From: Candidatus Electronema halotolerans
GTDB lineage: Bacteria; Desulfobacterota; Desulfobulbia; Desulfobulbales; Desulfobulbaceae
DNA length: 32,000 nucleotides
Reading direction: 5' to 3'
Assembly (NCBI GenBank): GCA_942493095.1
Contig: OW818675.1
Location: 1,710,001 to 1,742,000, forward strand
This document shows, in pieces, positions 8,795 through 17,233 of this stretch. A program made the translations under genes and the position numbers. The first letter of the stretch is position 1, and every line of letters begins with the position of its first letter. The notes under the pieces were generated by a model. That model made no database searches and was not told where the DNA came from. It worked only from the letters and a program-made list of their open reading frames with translations.

Positions 8795-11700
8795 TCACTG
8801 ACCACCTGTCGGCATAACGACTTTCCGGCAACAGGCATCCAGCCTTTCAACCAGCGCAGAGGGAGGAAGAGCAGCAAACACGCCGCTTGCTGGAGAAGAG
8901 GGAAAACTCATGCCGCGCAGGAAGAGATAGAAGACACCGCCGAAATGCTGTTCATAGCTGTAGCCGTTGAGCCGCTGGCCGAGAAAACGGTGCAACGCCA
9001 CAGTGTAGATCAGATATTGGAGATCGTAGCGATGCTCGTTCATGGCCGCAGTCAGCCGTTCCGGGCGGTAGTCTTCCGGCTGGCTGCCAAGATGATTGGA
9101 TTTGTAGTCAGCCAGATAATACTTGCCCTGCCAGCAGAAGATCAAGTCAATAAAGCCGGTCATCAGGCCGTGCAGGGTGCCGCTGCGTTCCGGCAGGGGC
9201 GCATGGCCGAAGTCGTGCAGCACGCGGTTGAATTGCTCAAGGCGTAACGATTCCAGCGGGAAATAAAAGGCCATCTCGTTGAGCCGTGCGCTCTCTTGCA
9301 GGCAGGAGAGCGACAAGCCGGGCAGCAGCGGACTGCGCAGCACCTCCTGCATCCACTCGCTCACAGTCGGCAGCCACGAATCCGCAAAACCGGCCCTCGC
9401 CAGCTGGCTGGCAATCACCTCAGCATGGCCGCTGCTGTCGCTGAAGCTGATCCGCTCCAGAATATTATGAAGGCAGGTCCCTGCTGCCGCGCCTTTGGGA
9501 AAGCCGAACACACCTTGATCAGGCGCAGGCAGAGCTGCTTCCTCTTCATCCGCCGCCTCATCATGATCCGGTTGCTCAGTGTGGCTGTCCTCCTTGCGGG
9601 AAGCCAAGCTGGAATAGCTGGTGATTCGCCACGTTGTGTCAATATGCTCCCGGAACTGCTTGGCTTGCAGCGACTCCTTTGTTTCCGAGGAGCGCAGGTC
9701 AGGCAGGGGCGGAAATGTCTCTGGCCAGGCTTTGACGGCCAGCGTCTCTCCCAGTCGGGCCAAGTCAGCAGCAAGCTGCGCTGAAGAGGGTTCGCCGCTG
9801 TGGAGCAAATAGGCCAACGCGCTGTCCTCCATGCTTTTAATCCAGCCCCAGCAGAAGAAGCAAGCGTGCGCCGCTCTGGTCACAGCCACATAGAGCAGGC
9901 GCAGGTCTTCGGCCAGCCGCTCGCGCTCCGCCAAGGCAAGATGCTCCTCGTTGCCGGAGCCAAGATCAAGGCAGAGGCGATCATCCGGGTCATGGAAGGT
10001 CAGCGGCTTGTCCTTGTCGCAGACCCGCGCTGACCAGAGAAAGGGCAGGAACACCAGCGGATATTCCATGCCCTTGGCCTTATGAATCGTAACGATCTTG
10101 ACTAAGTTCTCGTCGCTTTCCAAGCGGAGCTGCTGGCTTTCTGCCTGCCCTTCCGGGTGCTGCATCTGGTCGATGAACCAGCGCAGGAGCGCGTCCATGC
10201 CGGGCCGCTGCTTGGAAGCCTCTTGCAGCAGCTCGGCCAAGTGGAGGAAATTGGTCAGCATCCGCTCGCCAGACGGCTCGGCATAGAGGCGGCTGACCGT
10301 CTTCTGCTCGCTGAGAAGCTGCTGGAGCATGGCCAAGAAACCCTTTTCCAGCCAGAGCTTATGGTAGCGGTTCATGGCCTCCATGATCTGCTCCCGCGCC
10401 GAGTCGTTCTCGTTCAAGTCATAGATTCGCTCTGCTGTCCAGCCGAACAAGTCGCCAGCCAAGGCCGTGCGCATCAGGCTGGTATCGGACAAGTCGCTGA
10501 GGCTGGTCAGGAGGATGCGGAGCTGCTTGGCCTCCTGCGTGCTGAAGACTGAATCCCGATCGCCGGAGACGCTGGCAATGCCCAGCGCATGCAGCTCGCG
10601 GCGCACCAGCTCGGCCTCAACATGTGTGCGCACCAGCACGGCAATGTCACCGGAACTGAGGGGCTTGTCGCCGATCTTCGCCTCTCCAATCTGACCAGCG
10701 GTCAGCAGGCTGCCGATTTCTTGGGCACAGAAACGGGCAGCCAGTTCCTTAGCAGCTTCCTTGCTCAGGGCTTGACTGCCTTTCTTGCCCTGTCCTTCCG
10801 GCAGGAGTAGGCAGGTCAGAGCTGGCTGCGGCCTGCCGTCAACAAGAAATGCCTTCTGGCCTGCCTTGTCCGCCGCTTTGACGTGGGGAAAGTCAATTTT
10901 ATCTTTTGAAAAGAGAAAGGGGGCCTCATGCTCAAACAGGCGGCTCACCGCCGCCACCATTGCCGGACTGGAGCGATGATTCTCCATCATGGTCAGGCGG
11001 TTATGCGGCGGCGTGTCTTGACGGGCCTGGATGTAGGTGAAGATGTCCGCGCCCCGGAAGCTGTAAATAGCCTGCTTTGGGTCGCCGATCAGGAAGAGAC
11101 CGGCCCGCCAGCGGCGTTTCTGCCGCGCAGCCGCATGAATCGCATTGAAGATGCGGTACTGAAGCGGGTCGGTGTCCTGAAACTCATCCACCAAGATGAC
11201 TGGCAGCCGCCGGGCAATGCGCCAAGCCAGCTCCCCGCCTTCCGGGCCGCCCAGAGCCTTGGCCAGCCATGTTTGCAGATCGTCAAAACCAAGCTGGTTC
11301 TGCTCCTGCTTGCGCCGGGCCAGCTCGCTGCGCAGATAGTCCCGCGCTTCGACAAGGACAGCAATCTTGCGGCTGTTGAGCAGCTTTTCCTGCATCTGCC
11401 AGAACTGCTCAAAGAGATCAAAGAAAGGATGCTCCGGCGGTGCTTCCTTGCTTCTCTTTTGGAGAGAGTCGAGTATCTTGCTGCTCGTGAACAGCTCCAG
11501 CTCTTTGCCCAGCAACCAAGGCGATTCTGCCGCCTCAGCCAATCTGTCCATCTGCGCCAAGGCAGAGTCAAGCCGCTCCAAACCATAGCCTTTCTTATTA
11601 TCCCGTGAGAGCTTCTTGCTCTCCCGCAGCAGGCTGGCAATTTCCTCTCCTTGCTGCTGCCAGTGCTGCCGCACTTTCGCAAAGAGTCTGGTTGATTCCG

Positions 11701-12328
11701 CCTCCAGCCGGGCCAAGGTTTCCGGGCTGATCTCTGGCAGGCATTGCACGTCCTCCCGCTCCAGATGTCCGCCCAGCCCGGCCAGCAGCGCGGCAGGCTC
11801 CTGCCACTGTGACTGCACCCAAGCCGCCTCAGACTCGCCCGCCGGATAGAACTGTTGTCGCCAGAAGTCCTCGATGATGCGCGTCCGCAGCACAGCCTCG
11901 CTGTCGATCAGCTCCATCTCAAAAGGCGCGCCTGACTCAACAGCGTGCTCTTGCAGCATCCGGCGGCAGAAGCTGTGGATGGTGCGGACTGCGGCCTCAT
12001 CCATCCGGGTCAGGGCATCGTTGAGCAGCACCTTAGTCTGCTCATTCCGCCCGGCCTTGTCTAACAGTTTGTGGAGAAGCGGATCATTCGGCCCGCCGCC
12101 TTCCAGCACATCCAAAGCCTCCCGAATACGCTTGCGAATCCGATCACGCAACTCCTCCACTGCTGCGTCCGTGAAGGTGACAACAAGGATTTCATCGACC
12201 GCCAATTCCTGTTCGAGCAGGAGGCGGAGGAAGAGCAAGGCAATAGTGTAGGTCTTACCTGTGCCTGCGCTGGCTTCAATCAGAATCTGGCCGCGCAGAG
12301 GCAGGGTGAGGGGATTGAGGGGACGCAT
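8795..12328 (-). CDS. recB: Exodeoxyribonuclease V beta subunit RecB (UvrD-like helicase plus PD-(D/E)xK nuclease)
   Basis: 1177 aa. Walker A EASAGTGKTYTI, DEFQDT (motif II), and a C-terminal nuclease motif GFIDLIF...YYLADYKSN. No recC or recD lies next to it in this window. Confidence 0.92.
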   Translation of the reverse strand: MRPLNPLTLPLRGQILIEASAGTGKTYTIALLFLRLLLEQELAVDEILVVTFTDAAVEELRDRIRKRIREALDVLEGGGPNDPLLHKLLDKAGRNEQTKVLLNDALTRMDEAAVRTIHSFCRRMLQEHAVESGAPFEMELIDSEAVLRTRIIEDFWRQQFYPAGESEAAWVQSQWQEPAALLAGLGGHLEREDVQCLPEISPETLARLEAESTRLFAKVRQHWQQQGEEIASLLRESKKLSRDNKKGYGLERLDSALAQMDRLAEAAESPWLLGKELELFTSSKILDSLQKRSKEAPPEHPFFDLFEQFWQMQEKLLNSRKIAVLVEARDYLRSELARRKQEQNQLGFDDLQTWLAKALGGPEGGELAWRIARRLPVILVDEFQDTDPLQYRIFNAIHAAARQKRRWRAGLFLIGDPKQAIYSFRGADIFTYIQARQDTPPHNRLTMMENHRSSPAMVAAVSRLFEHEAPFLFSKDKIDFPHVKAADKAGQKAFLVDGRPQPALTCLLLPEGQGKKGSQALSKEAAKELAARFCAQEIGSLLTAGQIGEAKIGDKPLSSGDIAVLVRTHVEAELVRRELHALGIASVSGDRDSVFSTQEAKQLRILLTSLSDLSDTSLMRTALAGDLFGWTAERIYDLNENDSAREQIMEAMNRYHKLWLEKGFLAMLQQLLSEQKTVSRLYAEPSGERMLTNFLHLAELLQEASKQRPGMDALLRWFIDQMQHPEGQAESQQLRLESDENLVKIVTIHKAKGMEYPLVFLPFLWSARVCDKDKPLTFHDPDDRLCLDLGSGNEEHLALAERERLAEDLRLLYVAVTRAAHACFFCWGWIKSMEDSALAYLLHSGEPSSAQLAADLARLGETLAVKAWPETFPPLPDLRSSETKESLQAKQFREHIDTTWRITSYSSLASRKEDSHTEQPDHDEAADEEEAALPAPDQGVFGFPKGAAAGTCLHNILERISFSDSSGHAEVIASQLARAGFADSWLPTVSEWMQEVLRSPLLPGLSLSCLQESARLNEMAFYFPLESLRLEQFNRVLHDFGHAPLPERSGTLHGLMTGFIDLIFCWQGKYYLADYKSNHLGSQPEDYRPERLTAAMNEHRYDLQYLIYTVALHRFLGQRLNGYSYEQHFGGVFYLFLRGMSFPSSPASGVFAALPPSALVERLDACCRKVVMPTGGQ
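12252..12328. repeat. Direct repeat copy 1: the functional recB 5' end (codons 1-26)
   Basis: By hand alignment it matches 15688-15764 at 69 of 77 positions, including a 47-bp perfect core (12261-12307 = 15697-15743). Confidence 0.9.
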
Positions 12329-12344
12329 GGCCGGACAGGCTGCT

Positions 12345-12431
12345 CTATGCCAAGTCGTCCAAGAAGCGGCGGAGCCAAGACTGCGGCGTGGTCATGGCAT
12401 TGATTTCGGGCCGCCATTGAATCGTTGTCAT
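12345..12431 (-). CDS. Possible 28-aa leader or remnant ORF just upstream of recB
   Basis: MTTIQWRPEINAMTTPQSWLRRFLDDLA*, preceded by a good SD (AAGGAGAAACATC-ATG), ending 16 nt before the recB ATG. Too short to judge as coding; it could be a truncated gene left by the rearrangement described in findings. Confidence 0.25.
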   Translation of the reverse strand: MTTIQWRPEINAMTTPQSWLRRFLDDLA

Positions 12432-12581
12432 GATGTTTCTCCTTGTTTATTCAACTTGTTGAGATGACCGCTGAAACCTTTGCCCGCCCAATCTAAGACG
12501 GGACTGCGTTGCTGTCAACAGGTTTCTTGCCATGATGCGCAGGAAAAGCGGCGCGGCAGAAGCACCTTGGCAGTCGCAAAC

Positions 12582-12710
12582 CGAGCACTAAGGTGGTCGT
12601 GCAGCGGACAGGAGAGTGATCGTATATCGAGCACGAGAGTGGTTGGCAAACGATAACTCTGGTGATCGAAAAGTGACCACTCCGGTGCTCGCAGAAAAGG
12701 CACTCTCCTG
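12582..12710. repeat. Three copies of a 17-nt motif CGAGCAC-N4-GTGGTY (two direct, one inverted) nested in a 10-bp outer inverted repeat; candidate structured RNA or protein-binding array
   Basis: Copies at 12582-12598, 12628-12644 and 12675-12691 (inverted). Outer stem is caggagagtg 12609-12618 with cactctcctg 12701-12710. The inverted copy can pair with either direct copy. Confidence 0.5.
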
Positions 12711-13040
12711 CTTGGGCGCAGGGCAGGTGCTGGCGAAGAAAAAGCTGCTGCAACTAATGAAGTTTTGTCTTGCTCTTTTACACAGTTGGGATTAGGTTAT
12801 CTGCTTTGGTGCTGCCAGCATTCCGCTGGCTGGGCTGGAACATAAGCATTTCCTTTACAAAGAGGAGCATCATGAAAAAGCAAACGTATTGGCGGGTGCT
12901 GCTGGCGGCATCCTTTCTGCTGCTGCTGGCTGGCAGTGCAGCGCAGGCGGCTGACATCACAGTAGATGGAACTAACTGTACATTGCCAGATGCGATCACT
13001 GCGGCAAATAGCGATATAGCGGTTTCGTATTGAACAGATA

Positions 13041-13975
13041 TCAAACCCAGCAATGACGGAAAAACGATTTGATTGATTTTGACTTAACCGTTTTCAGAGA
13101 TATATCATAAGCTTCCATCAGCTCACGCTCTGTTCTCGGCTTCAATTTTCTTATAGTGTTTTTCATTACTGACCAGCAGTATTCAATAGGGTTCAGTTCA
13201 GGACGATAAGGAGGGAGGAAAATGATCTTCGCTCCTGTACTTCTGATCAAAGCGAGAGCTTCTTTGTTTTTATGAGGACTGGCATTGTCAAGAACGACTG
13301 TCTTACTGCTGTCAAGATATTTCAAAAGATAATTTTTTATATAGAAATAAAAGACATCTCCTGTCATGGTGCCTTTAAATTTCATGCACTTCAATATTTT
13401 TCCAAACTTTACAGCTCCTATCATGCTTATTCTTTTCCCTTTACCTGAAGGTCTTTTTGAAAAAGCTCTTGTTCCTTTTCTTGATCTTGCAAATTTTCTC
13501 GACATGTTCAAACAGCATCCTGTCTCATCAATAAAGATGAAATTCTTTTTGTCAGCCTCGATCAGGCCTGCAAGGTAATTAACTGTCTTTGCTATATTTT
13601 CTTCTTTATACGCCGCCGGATCGCGGAAAGTTTTTTTTTCCGGCTGATTTTCAGTCTGGCGAGAGTTTCGCACAGCGTGGAAGGTGCTATTTTTAAATTG
13701 AATTTCTCGTATAAGCGATCACACATCTCTTCAAGCGTAAGATCGTTCTCGTCATCAATCATGCTGGTCAGAAAAGGAATATGAACTTCCTTGATTTTCG
13801 GAGGATTTCCGCCTTTATGAGGCTTCGGCTCAATCGTCCCCTCAGTCTTCCATCTTTTTACAAGACTTTGAACAAATTTATAGGAAACGTCAAGCAAATC
13901 TGCAGTTCTTCTCAATGATTTCTGTTTTTCATAAACAGACAAGACTTTCTTTCTGAAATCAATAGAATAAATCAT
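13041..13975 (-). CDS. IS630-family DDE transposase, in two frames joined by a probable -1 frameshift at an A9 run
   Basis: OrfA 13592-13975: MIYSIDFRKKVLSVYEKQKSLRRTADLL... (HTH). OrfB frame 13041-13673 contains FIDETG, VLDNASPHK and LNPIEYCW (DD35E spacing by my count). Slipping -1 on CGG AAA AAA AAA gives ...ISRKKK-TFRDPAAY.... Confidence 0.8.
13631..13639 (-). other. A9 slippery run (T9 on the + strand): candidate programmed -1 frameshift site of the IS630 transposase, or a phase-variable or inactivating homopolymer
   Basis: The two transposase frames overlap exactly here. The fusion junction gives a plausible continuous RKKKT sequence. Confidence 0.5.
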
Positions 13976-15632
13976 GGCAGACCTCCGTGTGTGAAAAAAT
14001 GGAAAAAACAGACAAGTCAAGTTTAATCTTTTTCTGATAACCATACAACCTGAAACCGCTATACAGCAACAGGTGGCTGTACGGCAGGATCCGGCGACGA
14101 TACCATCACCTTGCAGGCGGATGTCACGCTTGCGGCTACCCTGCCGGATATTGTCAGCACGATGACCATTGAAGGCGGCGGTCACTTCATCAGCGGTAAT
14201 AATGATGAGAACGTTGGCAGCGTGCTGTATATAACCAGCGACGGAGACCTGACACTAAATGAGACTACGATCAAGGAGGGAAAGACGACAGGCGACGGCG
14301 GGGGGATTTACAACGATGGCACTGCCTATCTAACGAATTCCATAGTCAGCGGCAATACTGCCTCCTCCTCCTCCTCCGATGGCGGGGGGATTCAGAACAA
14401 GGGTGTTATCTATCTGACGAACTCCACAGTCAGCGGCAATACTGCCTCCTCCTCCTCCTTCTCCTCCGATGGCGGGGGGATTTACAACTATGGCACCGTC
14501 ACGCTGACGAATTCCACAGTCAGCAACAATACAGCCTCTTCCTCCTCCTTCTCCAATGGCAGTGGGATTTATAACGCAGGCACAGTCACGCTGACGAACT
14601 CCACGATCAGTGGCAATACTGCTTCCTCCACGTCCTCCGCCTCCTCCGGCGGTGGAATTTACAACTATGGCACAGTCACGCTGACGAACTCCACGATCAA
14701 TGGCAATACTGCTTCCTCCACGTCCTCCGACTCCTCCGGCGGTGGAATTTATAACGCAGGCACAGTCACGCTGACGAACTCCACGATCAGTGGCAATACT
14801 GCTTCCTCCACGTCCTACTCCTACGGCGGTGGGATTTACAACTATGGCAATGGCACAGTCACGGTGACGAATTCCACGATCAGCGGCAATACTGCTTCCT
14901 CCACGTCCTCCGCCTCATTCGGCGGTGGGATTTACAACTATGGCACAGACACAGGCACAGTCACGCTGCAAAGCTCCATCATCAGCGGCAATACGGCTTA
15001 TATTGTCAATGAAGTTTATAACAAAGATACATTCAATGCTGTAGTCAATGCCGCAAGCTTCAATATCTTTGGCCACAGCGGTGAGACAGACACAGAGGCA
15101 TTCTCTGGCTTCACACCAGGTAGCAGCGATGTCACTGCTACCAGTGACGGCGACACACCGACTACGCTGGATGCCATTCTCAATACAACCTTGGCGGACA
15201 ATGACGGCCCTACGCAAACTCATGCCTTAGTTGCGGGCAGTCCAGCTATTGATCTGGACAAAGATTGCAGCACTGAGCTGACCGAGGATCAACGCGGCTA
15301 TACCCGCCCAGTCGGTGCGGGCTGCGATGCAGGATCGTTTGAATCTGCTGATATTACAGTTATTTTTACTGTTACACCGAACGCCGGTACCGGCGGCAGC
15401 GTCACTCCTGATACAGCTCAGACTGTTGCTGATGGCAGTACGGCCAGCTTCACCGTCACACCGGATGCAGGTTACAGTGCTGATGAAGTAGTCAGCGGCA
15501 CCTGTCCCGAAGGTAGCTGGGACGGCAGCATATACACCACTGGTCAGATAGATGCGGACTGCACTGTTGAGTTCAGCTTCATCGCCGACAAGAAGAAGAT
15601 AAACATGGTGCCCATCTACAAGCTGCTGCTGC

Positions 15633-15764
15633 TCAAGTGAGCGAAGCGGAAAGTGCCGCCGCCTTCGGCTCCGGCCAGCAGGGCAATGTCTTGCCCGTGC
15701 CTGCGCTGGCTTCAATCAGAATCTGGCCGCGCAGAGGCAGGGTAAGAGGATTAAGCGGGCACAT
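15633..15764 (-). pseudogene. recB: Orphan truncated copy of the recB 5' end (recB')
   Basis: The minus strand reads MCPLNPLTLPLRGQILIEASAGTGKT, then diverges (LPCWPEPKAAALSASLT*). The genuine RecB starts MRPLNPLTLPLRGQILIEASAGTGKTYTIALL. Outside the 47-bp identical core the differences are mostly synonymous third-position changes. Confidence 0.8.
15688..15764. repeat. Direct repeat copy 2: the orphan recB 5' end
   Basis: See copy 1 (12252-12328). The two copies are offset by 3436 bp. Confidence 0.9.
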
Positions 15765-15790
15765 GAGAGATGTTCACCGCAGCACAGCCA

Positions 15791-17233
15791 TCAGAACAGC
15801 AGCAGCCGCACTCCCGGCAGAAATTTCGGTTTGATTGGTGAAGCGATAAAGGTCAGATTGCCGCTCTCCGGGTAGCTGACAGCACCTTCAGAGTTGCTCG
15901 CCTCCACGTGCCAGTAATTGGTGCCGTCATTGGTCAGATCGGCTCCATAAGGAACTGTCGCACTGCAATAGCTGTTGCTGATTTCGCCTGCAACAGAAGC
16001 GGATGTATTGCTGTCTGTGCCGTAATGAATAATGCAGTTATCCGCATTGGCAATATTTATCCGCAGCTGCTGGGTAGAGGCGTTGTATGAAGACACCTTT
16101 GCATCGTCTGCGGGAGATGGACTGGAAAGCGTTGGCAGCCCACTCGGCCAGCCCATGTCCTTGAGCATGCCTTTGGCCACTGGGCCAGGATCATGCACAG
16201 CCTCGCCATTGCTGATTGCCCAGACCATAAGCTGGTTGACGGTGTTGTTGAAGGTGTCGTAATCAAGATGAGAATAACTGGAACCAGGTTTCCATGTGGC
16301 AGGCGCATAAATTTTCACCCGCTGGCCGCCATTGGCTGTCATGGCGTTCGGGCCGTGAAACCAAAGGTCTCCTGAACGCAAAGCCGTGCCAAGGGCAACA
16401 GACGGGGCCGTGTAGGACACAATATCCTTGCCTGCGCCATCTTTGACAAACACATCGTAAATATTAGGAAAGCCACCTTCACCTTCGGCAGGTTCCCAAA
16501 AACCTGAACCCTCCTGGCTGGTGCTGTCATAGCTTGCAGTGCCAGAGAAATTCAAGCCATGCGCAATTTCATGCAGGACTACTGTGAGCATGTCCATCTG
16601 ATCTGACGGCGGGTTTCCATCCACACCATAATACCAAGTAAAATTTCTGTTGTAGGTGATATGCATATCTGGGTTTTCAGTATCTAAATCTTTTCCTGCC
16701 AAGGCATTCGCCAATGATACAGAATACCAAGTCTCACTTCTTGGAGCAGCGGCAAAGTCACGCACCATATTTCCTGCGCCCGAATACCCTAAGGTTGAGG
16801 ATTCCCCAAAATCACTCCAGCAGGCCCGGATCGTGACAGGCACATCAGACTTGATGATATTTCCCCAGATGCTGGCTGCCGCCTCAAAGGCAGCTTTGGC
16901 TTCTTCTGGAAAAGTATAGCAGTTTGCTCCCAAAATATCCGTACCACCGGAGGTGACATAGTCGATAGTGAAGGTGGCAGAAGCAGTCTGTGCAGCAGTC
17001 ATCAGGTTGATTGCCGCAGGAATTTTCAGCGGATTCTGGCTGATGTTCGGATCGAAAACCACAACAAGAGGCTGCGAGCCGTTCATCAATGTCTTGCCAT
17101 CCGCAGACAGCTTGGCGGGCAGCGGTTGAGGAATATAAACTTCCTCTCTGCTTGCAGCATGACTTTGCACGGCAGCAAATACGGTCAGCATTGCTGCAAC
17201 AGTTACGATAGATTGCACTTTCATTTTTTTCAT
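15791..17233 (-). CDS. Secreted zinc metalloprotease-like protein (HExxH)
   Basis: Signal peptide MKKMKVQSIVTVAAMLTVFAAVQSHAAS. Zinc motif VVLHEIAHGLNF. C-terminal beta-rich domain. Start set at ATG 17233; the listed ORF start at 17263 is a TTG. Noticeably more AT-rich than the core genes. Confidence 0.75.
   Translation of the reverse strand: MKKMKVQSIVTVAAMLTVFAAVQSHAASREEVYIPQPLPAKLSADGKTLMNGSQPLVVVFDPNISQNPLKIPAAINLMTAAQTASATFTIDYVTSGGTDILGANCYTFPEEAKAAFEAAASIWGNIIKSDVPVTIRACWSDFGESSTLGYSGAGNMVRDFAAAPRSETWYSVSLANALAGKDLDTENPDMHITYNRNFTWYYGVDGNPPSDQMDMLTVVLHEIAHGLNFSGTASYDSTSQEGSGFWEPAEGEGGFPNIYDVFVKDGAGKDIVSYTAPSVALGTALRSGDLWFHGPNAMTANGGQRVKIYAPATWKPGSSYSHLDYDTFNNTVNQLMVWAISNGEAVHDPGPVAKGMLKDMGWPSGLPTLSSPSPADDAKVSSYNASTQQLRINIANADNCIIHYGTDSNTSASVAGEISNSYCSATVPYGADLTNDGTNYWHVEASNSEGAVSYPESGNLTFIASPIKPKFLPGVRLLLF

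Larger units (their letters stand above)
13017..14061 (-). mobile_element. IS630-family insertion sequence (1045 bp) with TA target-site duplication
   Basis: Terminal inverted repeats TAGCGGTTTC... at both ends (13017-13026; reverse complement of 14052-14061). Flanking TA at 13015-13016 and 14062-14063. Very AT-rich compared with its surroundings. Encodes a DDE transposase. Confidence 0.9.
12872..15640 (+). pseudogene. Secreted parallel beta-helix repeat protein (CSLREA / choice-of-anchor-Q-like, C-terminal Ig-like repeat) interrupted by an IS630-family insertion
   Basis: The N-fragment (12872-13016) has an SD (AGAGGAG) and a signal peptide, MKKQTYWRVLLAASFLLLLAGSAAQA, followed by ADITVDGTNCTLPDAITAANSD. 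The C-fragment (14064-15640) continues TATGGCTAGSGDDTITLQADVTL.... Removing 13017-14063 restores one 1722-nt (573-aa) ORF. The protein has eight GGGIYNxGTVTLTNSTISGNTASSxSS repeats, a DQRGYTRP...GCDAGSFE motif, and a GGSVTP...GYSADEVV Ig-like module. Confidence 0.85.

Noticed and set aside
10928-11608. 226-aa plus-strand ORF inside recB, with several similar ones between 8945 and 12403
   Set aside because: These are shadow frames of recB. The RecB frame is continuous for 1177 aa and carries all the helicase and nuclease motifs.
12261-12467. Plus-strand ORFs 12261-12467 and 15637-15834, which share the peptide PALASIRIWPRRGRVRGL and look like a duplicated small gene
   Set aside because: The shared peptide is just the antisense translation of the duplicated recB 5' end. 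The biologically meaningful reading is on the minus strand (MRPLNPLTLPLRGQ...).
14291-15010. Regularly spaced ~90-bp repeats that could be mistaken for a CRISPR-like array
   Set aside because: The repeats are contiguous with no unique spacers, lie in frame within one long ORF, and encode a beta-helix repeat. This is not a CRISPR array.
15227-15715. 162-aa minus-strand ORF overlapping the 3' end of the beta-helix protein gene
   Set aside because: It is a shadow frame of the adhesin-like gene, and it is out of frame with the recB-like fragment it touches.
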